From Candidatus Yonathbacteria bacterium RIFCSPLOWO2_01_FULL_43_27 (GTDB lineage: Bacteria > Patescibacteriota > Minisyncoccia > Phycocordibacterales > UBA1550): 64,000 nucleotides of DNA. The position numbers were made by a program, and so were the translations under genes. Positions within the stretch are counted from its first letter, which is position 1. Each line of letters starts with the position of its first letter. Where the stretch lies: NCBI GenBank assembly GCA_001823545.1, contig MHUV01000003.1, forward strand, positions 6,718-70,717. Direction: 5' to 3'. Of this stretch, positions 28,834-38,077 are shown piece by piece. Under the pieces are notes generated by a model. The model was not told where the DNA came from, searched no databases, and worked only from the letters and a program-made list of their open reading frames with translations.

Positions 28834-29120
28834 AAGCGGTATTTACCCCGAGGCAAAGCCCCGGTCAAAATGTGTTCGCTTCGCTCACCAATTTACCGCC
28901 CCAGAGGGGCAGGGTATTCAACCCTTGTATTATTCCATTACATGGACGGTACACCTTTTGGATTTTCTTTTCGTGATTACACGCAATAAAATCTCAAAAG
29001 GTCTTGCGAAGCTCCATGTATTCGCTTCTCACCTCGGCTCCCTGGCCGACTGCTGTCAGCGGGTTAGGCGGAAATGAGAAAGATTACTTTCTCATTTCAC
29101 TCGCTCTACGTCGCTAATAG
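28831..29120 (+). mobile_element. Longest copy of modular MITE-like repeat family
   Basis: Fills the whole gap between convergent stops; ends TAAAAGCGGTA and GTCGCTAATAG; modules shared with 2719, 8009, 10251, 51796, 58152. Confidence 0.75.
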
Positions 29121-30122
29121 TTACCTACGACGTATTTTTTGAGTGACCCATTTTAACGCGCGGTACAAAATATAAAATACCACTACATAAAAAATAACCT
29201 TATATTCAAAAAAATACTGCAGTACCGCGAGCACAAAATAACTTACGTACGCAAGAGGTTTCTCTGCTTCTGTACGCACCGTCTCGGTAAATGGTTTTTC
29301 CTTTTGAGTCGAGATTGCCTCTGTAGGAATACGATTACGCTCATTAAGTGCATCTATTTCTTTTGATTTTTCTTCTTTTGCAAGTTTAAATTGATATCCT
29401 TCACTAATACGAAAACGCTCAACAATATTTGAACCTGATGAAACTGCTTCTTTTATTGGTTCAGGAATTTTTGAGTCCACTACACTCATAGCGTTCTCTA
29501 CGACGCCTAGATTTTTAGTTCCCGTTGCGGTCTGCGCGCGCGCTTCAATAAGTTTTAGCTCTTTATCATCCGAAACACCATTACCATCAGAATCTTTTTT
29601 AAGTGGGTCGGTGCTATTTTTAATTTCATCAATATCTGAAACATTATCGTTATCATCATCCAGATCATCAGTATTTCCTATACCATCTCGGTCAGTATCA
29701 AAATCAATAGCGAGTTCATTCTTTGCCGTTTCTATGTTTTCAAGCACAATAGGTCGTTTTTTCCCTCCCGTACCAACCGCATGCACCCCAGAAAGGCGCG
29801 CGGTGATGGTATGCTTGCCGTCCTTTGCAACCCAATCAACCCACACATCACGGGCGCGACCTCCGCTCGCAAGAGAAAAATCTGTTTTACCAATTAAAAT
29901 TCCGTTATCTAGAAATTCAACAACGCCAATCAAGTCCTCTGAGCTTCCATTGAAAATAATGGTATAAATGCGAATACTATCCCCTGAGAAAAAAGGACTT
30001 CGTGAGTACCAAATATTAGAGGGGGCAAAGCCGGCATTTTTTAAAGGAGTATCAACTGCGTATACAGGAACCACGGTCGCAACAAAAAATAAAAGAATTG
30101 CAAAAAAAGATTTCATAACCAA
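29121..30122 (-). CDS. Exported protein with Ig-like domain, Ca-binding DxDxDG repeats and C-terminal anchor
   Basis: Signal peptide; DTDRDGIGNTDDLDDDNDNVSD, TDPLKKDSDGNG; C-terminal TM. Confidence 0.75.
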   Translation of the reverse strand: MVMKSFFAILLFFVATVVPVYAVDTPLKNAGFAPSNIWYSRSPFFSGDSIRIYTIIFNGSSEDLIGVVEFLDNGILIGKTDFSLASGGRARDVWVDWVAKDGKHTITARLSGVHAVGTGGKKRPIVLENIETAKNELAIDFDTDRDGIGNTDDLDDDNDNVSDIDEIKNSTDPLKKDSDGNGVSDDKELKLIEARAQTATGTKNLGVVENAMSVVDSKIPEPIKEAVSSGSNIVERFRISEGYQFKLAKEEKSKEIDALNERNRIPTEAISTQKEKPFTETVRTEAEKPLAYVSYFVLAVLQYFFEYKVIFYVVVFYILYRALKWVTQKIRRR

Positions 30123-30139
30123 GATATGCTCCTAGTATA

Positions 30140-31129
30140 TCATCTTTCAGATTCTGACGAAGGTGCAGAAATGTATGTTTTTCGTTCCTCATCCTTTTCT
30201 TCTTTTTGTCCCTCTTCTTTACGAGTTTCCTTACGTCGTTCGTATTCGGCTTTCTTTTCTTTGTTTCTTTTCTCAAGATTTTCGCGTACTTCTCGAATAT
30301 CATCTATCGTCTTCTCGAGAGATTCTGTGCCGCTCTTTTTTATGCGAATACTATTAGTATCCTCACTCGGGCGCTTTTCACGCTCTGTATTATTAATACT
30401 ATTTTCTATCTTAACCGATGGAGTACTCGTAGATACGGTTGTACGAACTCGCTCGGTCTCTTTTTTGAACTTAGAAGATTTCTTTATCTCTACGTTAGCT
30501 TGCTTGTCCTCGTCATTATCTTGCTCACTTGTCTTTTTATGGATATCCTCAAGAAGTTCTTTTTCGTAAGTTTGAAGTACCCGCGCAAGATTTTCAGCGA
30601 CTTCAAGCGCTCGCTCGTCATCATCGTTATCGTCAAACTCCACAATGCGCCTCTGTGCACGTTCAGCATATTTTCTCACATTCTTACGCGCAAACTCCTT
30701 GGTCTCTGACGGGATACTCTCGAGTGATCCAACTTCCTTCATTTCCGTGAGACGGCGTTCCACAAGTGCAATATCCCATTCTGCTTTCGCTTGTGGGGTA
30801 ACCGCCACCACGCCACGTACACGCTCATTTACCCCCGTTTTAACAGGATAGAGCACATTCCCAGGGAGTGCCCCTTCTGCCGCAAATGAAACTGTTCCTC
30901 CAATAAGAATACCGCCAATCACAGTAGCGGATAGTACCTTAAATCCGCGCGCCTTTCGCATAAATGAGTATGGGGAAACCACGGTACGCGAATTCTTCGC
31001 TTGGGATGTGTGCGCAACAGGGTTCTCTTGCGCAAATTGCAGAAGTGCCTGACGCATTGCGGATTTTTCCTCGACAGTAAGACGCACTTCGCGTGAACCT
31101 TTTTTAAATTGTTTAAGCAAATTTCTCAT
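30140..31129 (-). CDS. DUF5667-type putative anti-sigma factor
   Basis: AEGALPGNVLYPVK..NE, ERRLTE after TM; overlaps the ECF sigma stop. Confidence 0.78.
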   Translation of the reverse strand: MRNLLKQFKKGSREVRLTVEEKSAMRQALLQFAQENPVAHTSQAKNSRTVVSPYSFMRKARGFKVLSATVIGGILIGGTVSFAAEGALPGNVLYPVKTGVNERVRGVVAVTPQAKAEWDIALVERRLTEMKEVGSLESIPSETKEFARKNVRKYAERAQRRIVEFDDNDDDERALEVAENLARVLQTYEKELLEDIHKKTSEQDNDEDKQANVEIKKSSKFKKETERVRTTVSTSTPSVKIENSINNTEREKRPSEDTNSIRIKKSGTESLEKTIDDIREVRENLEKRNKEKKAEYERRKETRKEEGQKEEKDEERKTYISAPSSESER

Positions 31130-31622
31130 ATAATGTTTTTGTTTTTTCTATTGCACGATGAATGCGTACGGAGACCACATTTTCAGTTTCTCCTGTAACT
31201 CGTGCAATCTCTTTAACCGAAAGTCCGTCTACGTGTCGCATCACCAACACCTCACGATATTTATCAGGAAGTGTTTCAATGAGTGCTACGAGACGTTGTG
31301 AAAGATCTTTGGTCTCAAGGTCTTCTCTAAAATCGACTCCCACGTCAAACCCGATTTCTTCCTGCATCTGATCCAATGAAAATGATTCTTTTTTACGATA
31401 CTCATCGATAATCAGATTGTTAGCAATTTTGTACAAAAACGCACGCTGATTCACAATTTCTTTCTCTTCTGCAAGATATTTCCAGAAACGAATAAATGTC
31501 TCTTGAGTAACATCTTTTGCCTTATCTCTATCCGATAGGCGGAAAAAGCAATGCCGAAAGATCACGTCGGCAAATTCATCGTACGACTTTAAAAAATACC
31601 CCTCTTTGGCCTGATCTTTCAT
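31113..31622 (-). CDS. ECF RNA polymerase sigma factor
   Basis: AKDVTQETFIRFW, FLYKIANNLIIDEYRK, LPDKYREVL, SVKEIA, VRIHRA. Confidence 0.93.
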   Translation of the reverse strand: MKDQAKEGYFLKSYDEFADVIFRHCFFRLSDRDKAKDVTQETFIRFWKYLAEEKEIVNQRAFLYKIANNLIIDEYRKKESFSLDQMQEEIGFDVGVDFREDLETKDLSQRLVALIETLPDKYREVLVMRHVDGLSVKEIARVTGETENVVSVRIHRAIEKTKTLYEKFA

Positions 31623-31713
31623 TACTTCTTAATCTAATACAAAAGACGGCGTTGCGCCAGTTTTCTTACAAAAAGATGCCGAGACTGAGCTCGGCATCTT
31701 TTTGTAAGAAACT

Positions 31714-31926
31714 CTACATAGTCTGCACAGTGCACGTCTTGCACTCACTACTATGCGTTACCGCAAAGTAGATTGCAGAAAGTCCCACAAGTGCATATAC
31801 AACCTTTCCTGCTATGGAGCCTGCACCAAGGATCATATCGACAACATTATAACCAATTGCGACAAGTCCCCAATTCAAACCACCAACCACAAGGAGGATG
31901 AATGCGATAATATGTAATATTTTCAT
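31714..31926 (-). CDS. DUF378 small membrane protein
   Basis: LLVVGGLNWGL...VYALVGLSA. Confidence 0.9.
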   Translation of the reverse strand: MKILHIIAFILLVVGGLNWGLVAIGYNVVDMILGAGSIAGKVVYALVGLSAIYFAVTHSSECKTCTVQTM

Positions 31927-32013
31927 TTTATTTTTTAAAAAAATTACTTATCGACCTTTCTCTTATAAGTATACACCTTCCCATAATACGTGCGAGAGTA
32001 CCTGTGTATAACC

Positions 32014-32721
32014 TTACGCTTCCCACATGACTCGAATACGCGCCATAATTAAACTTGTTGCATTTTTTAATTCCTCAAGCGTGGGTGGGCGTCCTTCTTT
32101 GAGGGCAGTCTCAAACACCTCTGATGAAGCAATAGGCGCACCATAGGAAACGGTAATCGTTCGCTTCCTTAAAAAAATCTCTCGTAATGTTATTCGATAG
32201 TCCCCACGAATAGCGACGGGGATAACAGGAACTCCTGTGCGCCATAAGAGATGCGCAACGCCAGGTTTTCCTTCGCCAATAAATCCATCTCGCGTAATTT
32301 TTCCTTCAGGGAAAATACAAACACTTCTTCGGTCGTTCAGAATCTTAATATGATGTCGTAAGGCAAGATCGTAGTCACCCAAACCAACGGTAGCAGGATA
32401 TGCGCCCCATAATTTGAAAAAAGTTCCTCCGTATAAAATTTGTTTGAGACTAAATCTTTTTTTACCGTCACGAAGATAGAATGCCGTCTCGCGAGAGACA
32501 TAGAACATCGGCATCAAGCGTGACAGAAACGGCAATGTTGCCGGCACGAGAATAGGATTGAGCTCGCTGGAATGATTCACCGCAAAAAGAGCACCATTTT
32601 TCATTCCACGCACGTGTTCTAATCCTCTAATGCGAATGTGGGTAAAAAAACGAAATGCAATCCACGTACACGGATACACAAGTGTCTGAAAAACCAAAGG
32701 TGTAAAATATATAAATTGCAT
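32014..32721 (-). CDS. 1-acyl-sn-glycerol-3-phosphate acyltransferase-like protein (PlsC family)
   Basis: NHSSELNP (HX4D appears as HX4N), IFPEGKITRDG, VPVIPVAI. Confidence 0.85.
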   Translation of the reverse strand: MQFIYFTPLVFQTLVYPCTWIAFRFFTHIRIRGLEHVRGMKNGALFAVNHSSELNPILVPATLPFLSRLMPMFYVSRETAFYLRDGKKRFSLKQILYGGTFFKLWGAYPATVGLGDYDLALRHHIKILNDRRSVCIFPEGKITRDGFIGEGKPGVAHLLWRTGVPVIPVAIRGDYRITLREIFLRKRTITVSYGAPIASSEVFETALKEGRPPTLEELKNATSLIMARIRVMWEA

Positions 32722-32831
32722 AATGTAATATTTTGGTTTGATTGCTATACATTATAACATATTTTATACAAAATAGCAAGTACTTATATCAACAAAAAAA
32801 CCGGCAAAATTACCGGTTTTAATGAGGAAAA

Positions 32832-33146
32832 TTATTTGATTGCGTCAATCTTCACTTTAGTAAAAGGCTGACGATGGCCATTTTTCTTGAAATAACGGCT
32901 CTTTTGGCGGTAACGGATAACCGTTACTTTTTTACCCATACCTTCTTCGACGATGGTCGCCTCTACGGTTGCCCCAGGGACCAATGGCATACCAACGGAT
33001 GTCTTTACTCCACTATTCACAAGAAGAACTTGGTCGAAAACTACCTTGTCCCCTTTTTTGGTGCCATTAAGCTTTTCAATCACCAAAGACTCGCCTGGAG
33101 CGACCTTGTACTGCTTGCTACCTGTTTGTATTACTGCGAAATTCAT
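32832..33146 (-). CDS. rplU: 50S ribosomal protein L21
   Basis: FAVIQTGSKQYKV...GHRQPFTKVKI. Confidence 0.96.
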   Translation of the reverse strand: MNFAVIQTGSKQYKVAPGESLVIEKLNGTKKGDKVVFDQVLLVNSGVKTSVGMPLVPGATVEATIVEEGMGKKVTVIRYRQKSRYFKKNGHRQPFTKVKIDAIK

Positions 33147-33269
33147 AATTCCAATATAGTACACGAAACGTAATAAAAATGCAAGTGGATAGGATTGACA
33201 TTATAAGACAATATCTGGTATAAAGCCTCCAGAAGTTCATAATTAAAATTAAATGATAGGAGGGACATT

Positions 33270-34001
33270 ATGTCAGGAACAGTATCAATAATTTACCCGA
33301 GGATAGGTGAAAAGATTCAGGTTGTTCATTCCACGTATGGCTATGCCTCAGGATACCGAAAACCAAAAAGTATCCCCGAGCAAGTAAATACTCTCTGTGG
33401 CGTGTTTCCTCATATCACACGAGAACTTCTTGGCACATCAACAACTACGAAACCAGTACCTGCTTTTGCAGAGGGATTATTCGTTATCCCTCACTGGGGA
33501 CTCATCGCACAGACCTACGCCAGCGCTGTTTTGGCTGCACTTGAAGAACTTGAAGCAGTGCGAGGAAGCAAGATTTGCAAGTACTACCGTGGGGAAATAG
33601 GGAGTGAAAACTTCAGGCGAAACTTCAACACCGAACGAGCACTGAGGAGCATTCACGGAGGTGACGAGGATTGGTGGCACAAAGTATTCACGATCCCCGC
33701 TCAGTTTGGTATTCAGTACCGTGGGGCCTCTTCGCACTGGGCAAAAAGAACATTTACAAAGTGCGAGTTCGGTCTCGGACTTTTTGAGGTCATCATTATG
33801 CTCATTACCCACCCTGAGCGCCTCAGCTGTAACGACGATCTCTGGATTGAATGTCCTGGAGACAGTTATTCATTCACTCCCGATAACGATCCTCTCAGTA
33901 CACCATTTCTCAACATCATTGATGGCGAGATTGGTGTCGGTACTGTGCCAACATATGAGCCAGGAGCACGTTATGGCTCGGCAACGTTGTTTCTTCCATA
34001 A
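33270..34001 (+). CDS. Hypothetical protein (SD-type cassette)
   Basis: 243-aa ORF; TTGACA-18-TATAAA, AGGAGG SD, hairpin 34020-34052. Confidence 0.75.
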   Translation: MSGTVSIIYPRIGEKIQVVHSTYGYASGYRKPKSIPEQVNTLCGVFPHITRELLGTSTTTKPVPAFAEGLFVIPHWGLIAQTYASAVLAALEELEAVRGSKICKYYRGEIGSENFRRNFNTERALRSIHGGDEDWWHKVFTIPAQFGIQYRGASSHWAKRTFTKCEFGLGLFEVIIMLITHPERLSCNDDLWIECPGDSYSFTPDNDPLSTPFLNIIDGEIGVGTVPTYEPGARYGSATLFLP

Positions 34002-34054
34002 GGTTCTCTCTAATAAAACAAAACTACCTACAATACACCGTAGGTAGTTTTTTA

Positions 34055-35179
34055 TTACTCCTCCATCCTTGGTTTATCAATCAAAAGGGGCTCTATACCT
34101 GCAGATTCACCGGTGATTTTTACCACGTCTTTGTCTACTTTTTTCAACTCCTTATATGCGGATGTATAGTGGTTCACCGTGGTACCGAGCGCATTACCAA
34201 GCTTTTTCATATAATCTTCATATGCGGTAAGGTGCTTGCGAAGCTCTTCAACGCGACCGATAATAAGCTGTGCTGATTCTTCAATCTTAAAGGCGCGAAA
34301 ACCATACAATACTGATTGCAAATATGCTGAAAAGGTTGTTGGCGATACGATGATCACCTTTTTTTCATTAGAAGCATAGTCAATAAGTGACCTCGTGTTT
34401 ACTTTCACTGAACCGACTTCATTGACGAGAAGGTCGTAGTAGATTCCTTCCGCTGGGATGAACATAAATGCAAACGGAAGCGTTCCTTCGGCAGGACGAA
34501 CATACTTTGCTGTTTCATCAATACGTTTTTTGAGATCATTTTTGAATTCCTTTTCCAACTCTTCCTTTCGCGTTTCGTCAGTTTCGTTTACGACGCGGTT
34601 ATAATTATCGAGTGAAAACTTTGCATCAACAGGAATCATTCCATCCTTGGTAAGGATGACCGCATCCACCATATCACCATCCTTGAACTGATACTGAAGC
34701 TTGTATGCCGTAGGGGGTAAAATATTTGAAAGAATGAGCTCGAGTGCCGCCTCGCCGAGCGCTCCACGTTGCTTTTGGTGTTTGAGAACCTTTTCAAGAT
34801 TGTGGAGTTGGTCGGTAATGGACAGCACTTGCTTTGAAGTTTCGTTGGCAGTCGTCATTTCTTTTGCCACACCCAAAAGATTGCGCTCTACTTGTTCATT
34901 GATTTGACGAATAAGTTTCTGTGATTCAGTAAATTGCGTATATACCGCCTGTTGCATTTCTTTGTTGGTTGCTCCCATTTTCTCATCTACTGTTTTCATA
35001 AAACTACCAAGTTGTGATTGAAAATTTCCAATCTGGTTTTGAATGAGCAGAAGTGCCTCATTCTGTGGCTCGGGGGCAGAACCTTGAGAAACTGATTTAT
35101 TTTTCAAATACAAGACAAAAACAACAGCTGAAGCAACTCCCACCACAAGCCCGATAAGAATAAGGAAAAGTGGTGACAT
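34055..35179 (-). CDS. rmuC: DNA recombination protein RmuC
   Basis: RGALGEAALE, PVDAKFSL, FAFMFIPAEGIY, VSPTTF. Confidence 0.93.
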   Translation of the reverse strand: MSPLFLILIGLVVGVASAVVFVLYLKNKSVSQGSAPEPQNEALLLIQNQIGNFQSQLGSFMKTVDEKMGATNKEMQQAVYTQFTESQKLIRQINEQVERNLLGVAKEMTTANETSKQVLSITDQLHNLEKVLKHQKQRGALGEAALELILSNILPPTAYKLQYQFKDGDMVDAVILTKDGMIPVDAKFSLDNYNRVVNETDETRKEELEKEFKNDLKKRIDETAKYVRPAEGTLPFAFMFIPAEGIYYDLLVNEVGSVKVNTRSLIDYASNEKKVIIVSPTTFSAYLQSVLYGFRAFKIEESAQLIIGRVEELRKHLTAYEDYMKKLGNALGTTVNHYTSAYKELKKVDKDVVKITGESAGIEPLLIDKPRMEE

Positions 35180-35181
35180 AA

Positions 35182-35379
35182 TTATATAGCAAGCATCGCG
35201 CTCAAATTATTGAGGAGCATAGGAATCGCAAACAGTAGCCCTACTAACGGAATAATAAAAAGTGCGAGCGTAACGATAAGGGTCCACATAAAATACTTTC
35301 GTGTTTTTTCCACTGACACAAACACTTTTTGCAAAACTTCGTTTTGTACCGCAATTTGTCGTAAGATTTCTTGTTCCAT
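35182..35379 (-). CDS. Small conserved membrane protein
   Basis: VFVSVEKTRKYFMWT followed by a TM segment. Confidence 0.7.
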   Translation of the reverse strand: MEQEILRQIAVQNEVLQKVFVSVEKTRKYFMWTLIVTLALFIIPLVGLLFAIPMLLNNLSAMLAI

Positions 35380-35457
35380 AATACGTATCTTACTACATAC
35401 GTAGTCCAAAAAAAAGCGGCCACCTCGTGTGAGATGACCGCCAGAAAAAACTAGTAG

Positions 35458-36003
35458 TTATTGGTTCTTTGAAATTACTTTTTCCTGATACATTCTCTCG
35501 TCAGCGAGTCTTCTAAGTTCGTGAAAATCACAAACTCCTTCAGATGTAGAAGATACCCCGACCGAGAGTTCAACATTGGTTTTTCCTGCAAAAACCATGC
35601 TGGTAATCTTCTCGATTACTTTATTTGCTACGTGCTTTGCAATAAGAAGGTCGCTCGCAGGAAGGATAACGATGAACTCGTCCCCGCATGGCCGTGTGAC
35701 GATATCACTCGCCCTCACGACCTTCTTTAAGAATGTAGCCACCTCTCTGAGTACAACGTCGCCGACATCGTGCCCGTGCGTGTCGTTTATTGACTTGAAA
35801 CAATCAAGGTCAATAAACAGTACTGCAAGTGGCGCGTCCTGTCGCTTCGCCTGAGCAAGCGCGCGAGTGACTTCAACTTCTAATCCTCGACGATTTAAAA
35901 TTCCCGTCAGAGGATCGATTAAAGAGAGACGCTCCGCGTCAGCGAGAGTTTTTTTAAGTTCCCTCACTTTCTGTTCTAGTTCTGCAATCCTTTGTTTGGA
36001 CAC
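35458..36003 (-). CDS. GGDEF-domain protein with N-terminal coiled coil (SD-type cassette)
   Basis: DPLTGILNRR, DLDCFKSINDTHGHDVGD, RPCGDEF, ADERMY; TTGACA-17-TATACT, AGGAGGT SD before GTG at 36003. Confidence 0.88.
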   Translation of the reverse strand: MSKQRIAELEQKVRELKKTLADAERLSLIDPLTGILNRRGLEVEVTRALAQAKRQDAPLAVLFIDLDCFKSINDTHGHDVGDVVLREVATFLKKVVRASDIVTRPCGDEFIVILPASDLLIAKHVANKVIEKITSMVFAGKTNVELSVGVSSTSEGVCDFHELRRLADERMYQEKVISKNQ

Positions 36004-36136
36004 GTTCGCCACCTCCTAATGCAATTTTTTATAATTATCTAAATAAAAGTATAGCATATTCAAGACTAAATGTCAATGTCTTTACCTCGCCCCTCTTAAA
36101 CGGTATACTACACAACATAATAATCAATATATAACT

Positions 36137-36592
36137 ATGACACTACACGAACAAATCAAAGGCGAAGTAAAACAGGCAATGCTTGCAAAAGATACGGTTA
36201 AACTTTCTGTCGTACGCGGAATGGTATCAGCGTTTACCAATGAGCTCGTTGCTACGGGGAAAATGCCACAAGACATCCTCGATGATGCAGGGGTACTCAA
36301 GGTTATCAAAAAACTTGCTAATCAACGCAAGGATTCGATTGATCAGTTCGAAAAAGGTGGTCGCCCTGAACTCGCCGACGGTGAACGCGCAGAACTCGCT
36401 ATTCTTGAAAAATATCTCCCTGCACTAATGTCACGCGAAGACATTAAAAAAGTTGCCATTGCGAAAAAAGAAGCGCTTGGTATTACCGACAAAGCAAAAG
36501 CAGGTCAGCTTACCGGCGCCATCATGAAAGAGCTTGGAGGCAACGCAGACGGCAACGACGTAAAAGCAGTTGTGGAGGAACTCCTCGCGTAA
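36137..36592 (+). CDS. GatB/YqeY domain protein
   Basis: KQAMLAKD, QRKDSIDQFEKGGR, ELAILEKYLP, GNADG. Confidence 0.92.
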   Translation: MTLHEQIKGEVKQAMLAKDTVKLSVVRGMVSAFTNELVATGKMPQDILDDAGVLKVIKKLANQRKDSIDQFEKGGRPELADGERAELAILEKYLPALMSREDIKKVAIAKKEALGITDKAKAGQLTGAIMKELGGNADGNDVKAVVEELLA

Positions 36593-36593
36593 T

Positions 36594-37790
36594 TTATTTG
36601 AATTTTCCTCTCAACGTGCGGTGGTATCCTATAGCAAAACGGTGTGCCTCGCTATTAGCCAATAAAATATCACGCTCATTAAATCCAAGGTCCGACCTTG
36701 GATTTTTTAGTATCTCGCGTGGGCGGTGGTGTTCGTCTTTCACTACTCCAACGACAGGGATCGCAAGTCCCCACTCCTTCATAAGACGCAACGCCAAATT
36801 CATTTGTATTGTTCCCCCATCGACAACAATAAGTTTTGGCAGAGACCACTCAGTATGCTCGAAACGACGCGTGAGCACCTCACGAAGCGAAGCAACGTCA
36901 TCGTTAGTACTCGTCCTCAATTTAAACTTGCGATACTCACTCTTTTTTACCTCGCCATCTTCCACCACGACCATCACCCCAACAGCATTCGTACCAGAAA
37001 TATGCGCTATATCATAAGCCTCAATCCTGCCAAGGTCCGACCTTGGCAGGATTTCTGATTTGAGGAGGGCAACATCTTGGATATGTTTGAGGGCAAAAAT
37101 AGTTTTTTTGAAACGAGATGCCTCTTCAAATTTAAGGGCACGCGCGGAGTTCTTCATCTCTCGCTCAAGTGCACGAAGGAGCGCTGTCTTCTTTCCCTCA
37201 AAGAAAAGTTTGATATGTCGAATCGTTTTTGCGTATTCAGTACGTGACACGTTTCCGGTACACACTCCAGGACACAACCCTATTTGCGCGTTAAAACAAG
37301 GCTTGCCTGAGTTTGGTGCACATCTGTCACGAAACGGAAATATCTTGCGCACTAAGGAGAGCGCTTCACGAAGCACGCCCCCTTGTGGAAATGGCCCAAA
37401 AGAATACTTCACTTCATCACTTCGCACGCCAAGCTCTCTACTTCGCATCGTCACGACTCGAGGAAACTCTTCTTTGGTAATCACGACGTAATTAAAACTT
37501 TTATTGTCTTTTTCTTTTGTATTATACGGTGGTTGATGTTTTTTAATGAGGTGTGCCTCGAGTATCAATGCTTCAAGAACAGAATCTGTGGTAATAAAAT
37601 CAACTGTTTTTGCTGTCTTCACCATGCCCGTAATGATCGGCCCACGGGTCTCCACGAGATCACGACGAAAATAACTCGCGACGCGCGTCTTGAACGAGGC
37701 TGCCTTGCCAATATACAATATTGAGCGCTTGGGTCCACGGAAAATATAGACCCCAGGAGCATCGGGTAATTTTTTATCTAGGTTTTTCAT
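36594..37790 (-). CDS. uvrC: Compact UvrC-like excinuclease (GIY-YIG, UVR and RNase H-like domains; no HhH)
   Basis: PGVYIF, LYIGKA, EALILEAHLIK, PPYN, RIEAYDIAH, LIVVDGG, EAHRFAI. Confidence 0.88.
   Translation of the reverse strand: MKNLDKKLPDAPGVYIFRGPKRSILYIGKAASFKTRVASYFRRDLVETRGPIITGMVKTAKTVDFITTDSVLEALILEAHLIKKHQPPYNTKEKDNKSFNYVVITKEEFPRVVTMRSRELGVRSDEVKYSFGPFPQGGVLREALSLVRKIFPFRDRCAPNSGKPCFNAQIGLCPGVCTGNVSRTEYAKTIRHIKLFFEGKKTALLRALEREMKNSARALKFEEASRFKKTIFALKHIQDVALLKSEILPRSDLGRIEAYDIAHISGTNAVGVMVVVEDGEVKKSEYRKFKLRTSTNDDVASLREVLTRRFEHTEWSLPKLIVVDGGTIQMNLALRLMKEWGLAIPVVGVVKDEHHRPREILKNPRSDLGFNERDILLANSEAHRFAIGYHRTLRGKFK
36681..36705. repeat. REP-like palindrome within uvrC CDS (copy 1)
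   Basis: AAATCCAAGGTC-C-GACCTTGGATTT, 12-bp arms. Confidence 0.9.
37023..37053. repeat. REP-like palindrome within uvrC CDS (copy 2)
   Basis: AATCCTGCCAAGGTC-C-GACCTTGGCAGGATT, 15-bp arms. Confidence 0.9.
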
Positions 37791-37819
37791 TGTAATTATC
37801 ATATGGTACAATAATACAT

Positions 37820-38071
37820 ATGGAAAAAGAACCATTTGAAAAGACTCCTCAAGGAATTGAGCAGAGGATCTCAGACCTTATCAGAGAGATGCAGGAAAAA
37901 TATAGTACATACTACGATGATTTAGACCCCGCTGACCAAACGACATGGAACGAATTGTCCCGTTTTGCCAACATTGAGAAAGATCAGGACGAAAAGAAAC
38001 GAATCGTTCTCGAAGAGAGCCTCATTTCTTTCCTTGATTTTTTACAATCTACCTACGGTACAAAAGAATAA
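37820..38071 (+). CDS. Hypothetical acidic protein
   Basis: 83-aa ORF filling the gap between uvrC and uvrA. Confidence 0.6.
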   Translation: MEKEPFEKTPQGIEQRISDLIREMQEKYSTYYDDLDPADQTTWNELSRFANIEKDQDEKKRIVLEESLISFLDFLQSTYGTKE

Positions 38072-38077
38072 TAATTT

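Noticed and set aside
28709-29077. 122-aa ORF across the MITE-like element as a transposase
   Set aside because: It overlaps the MFS gene end, has no DDE or HUH motif and is not preserved in the other copies.
37406-37446. Degenerate 7-nt periodicity (ACTTCGC-like) in uvrC, and CAACAGA x2 near 25476-25489
   Set aside because: Too short and degenerate to distinguish from chance without statistics.
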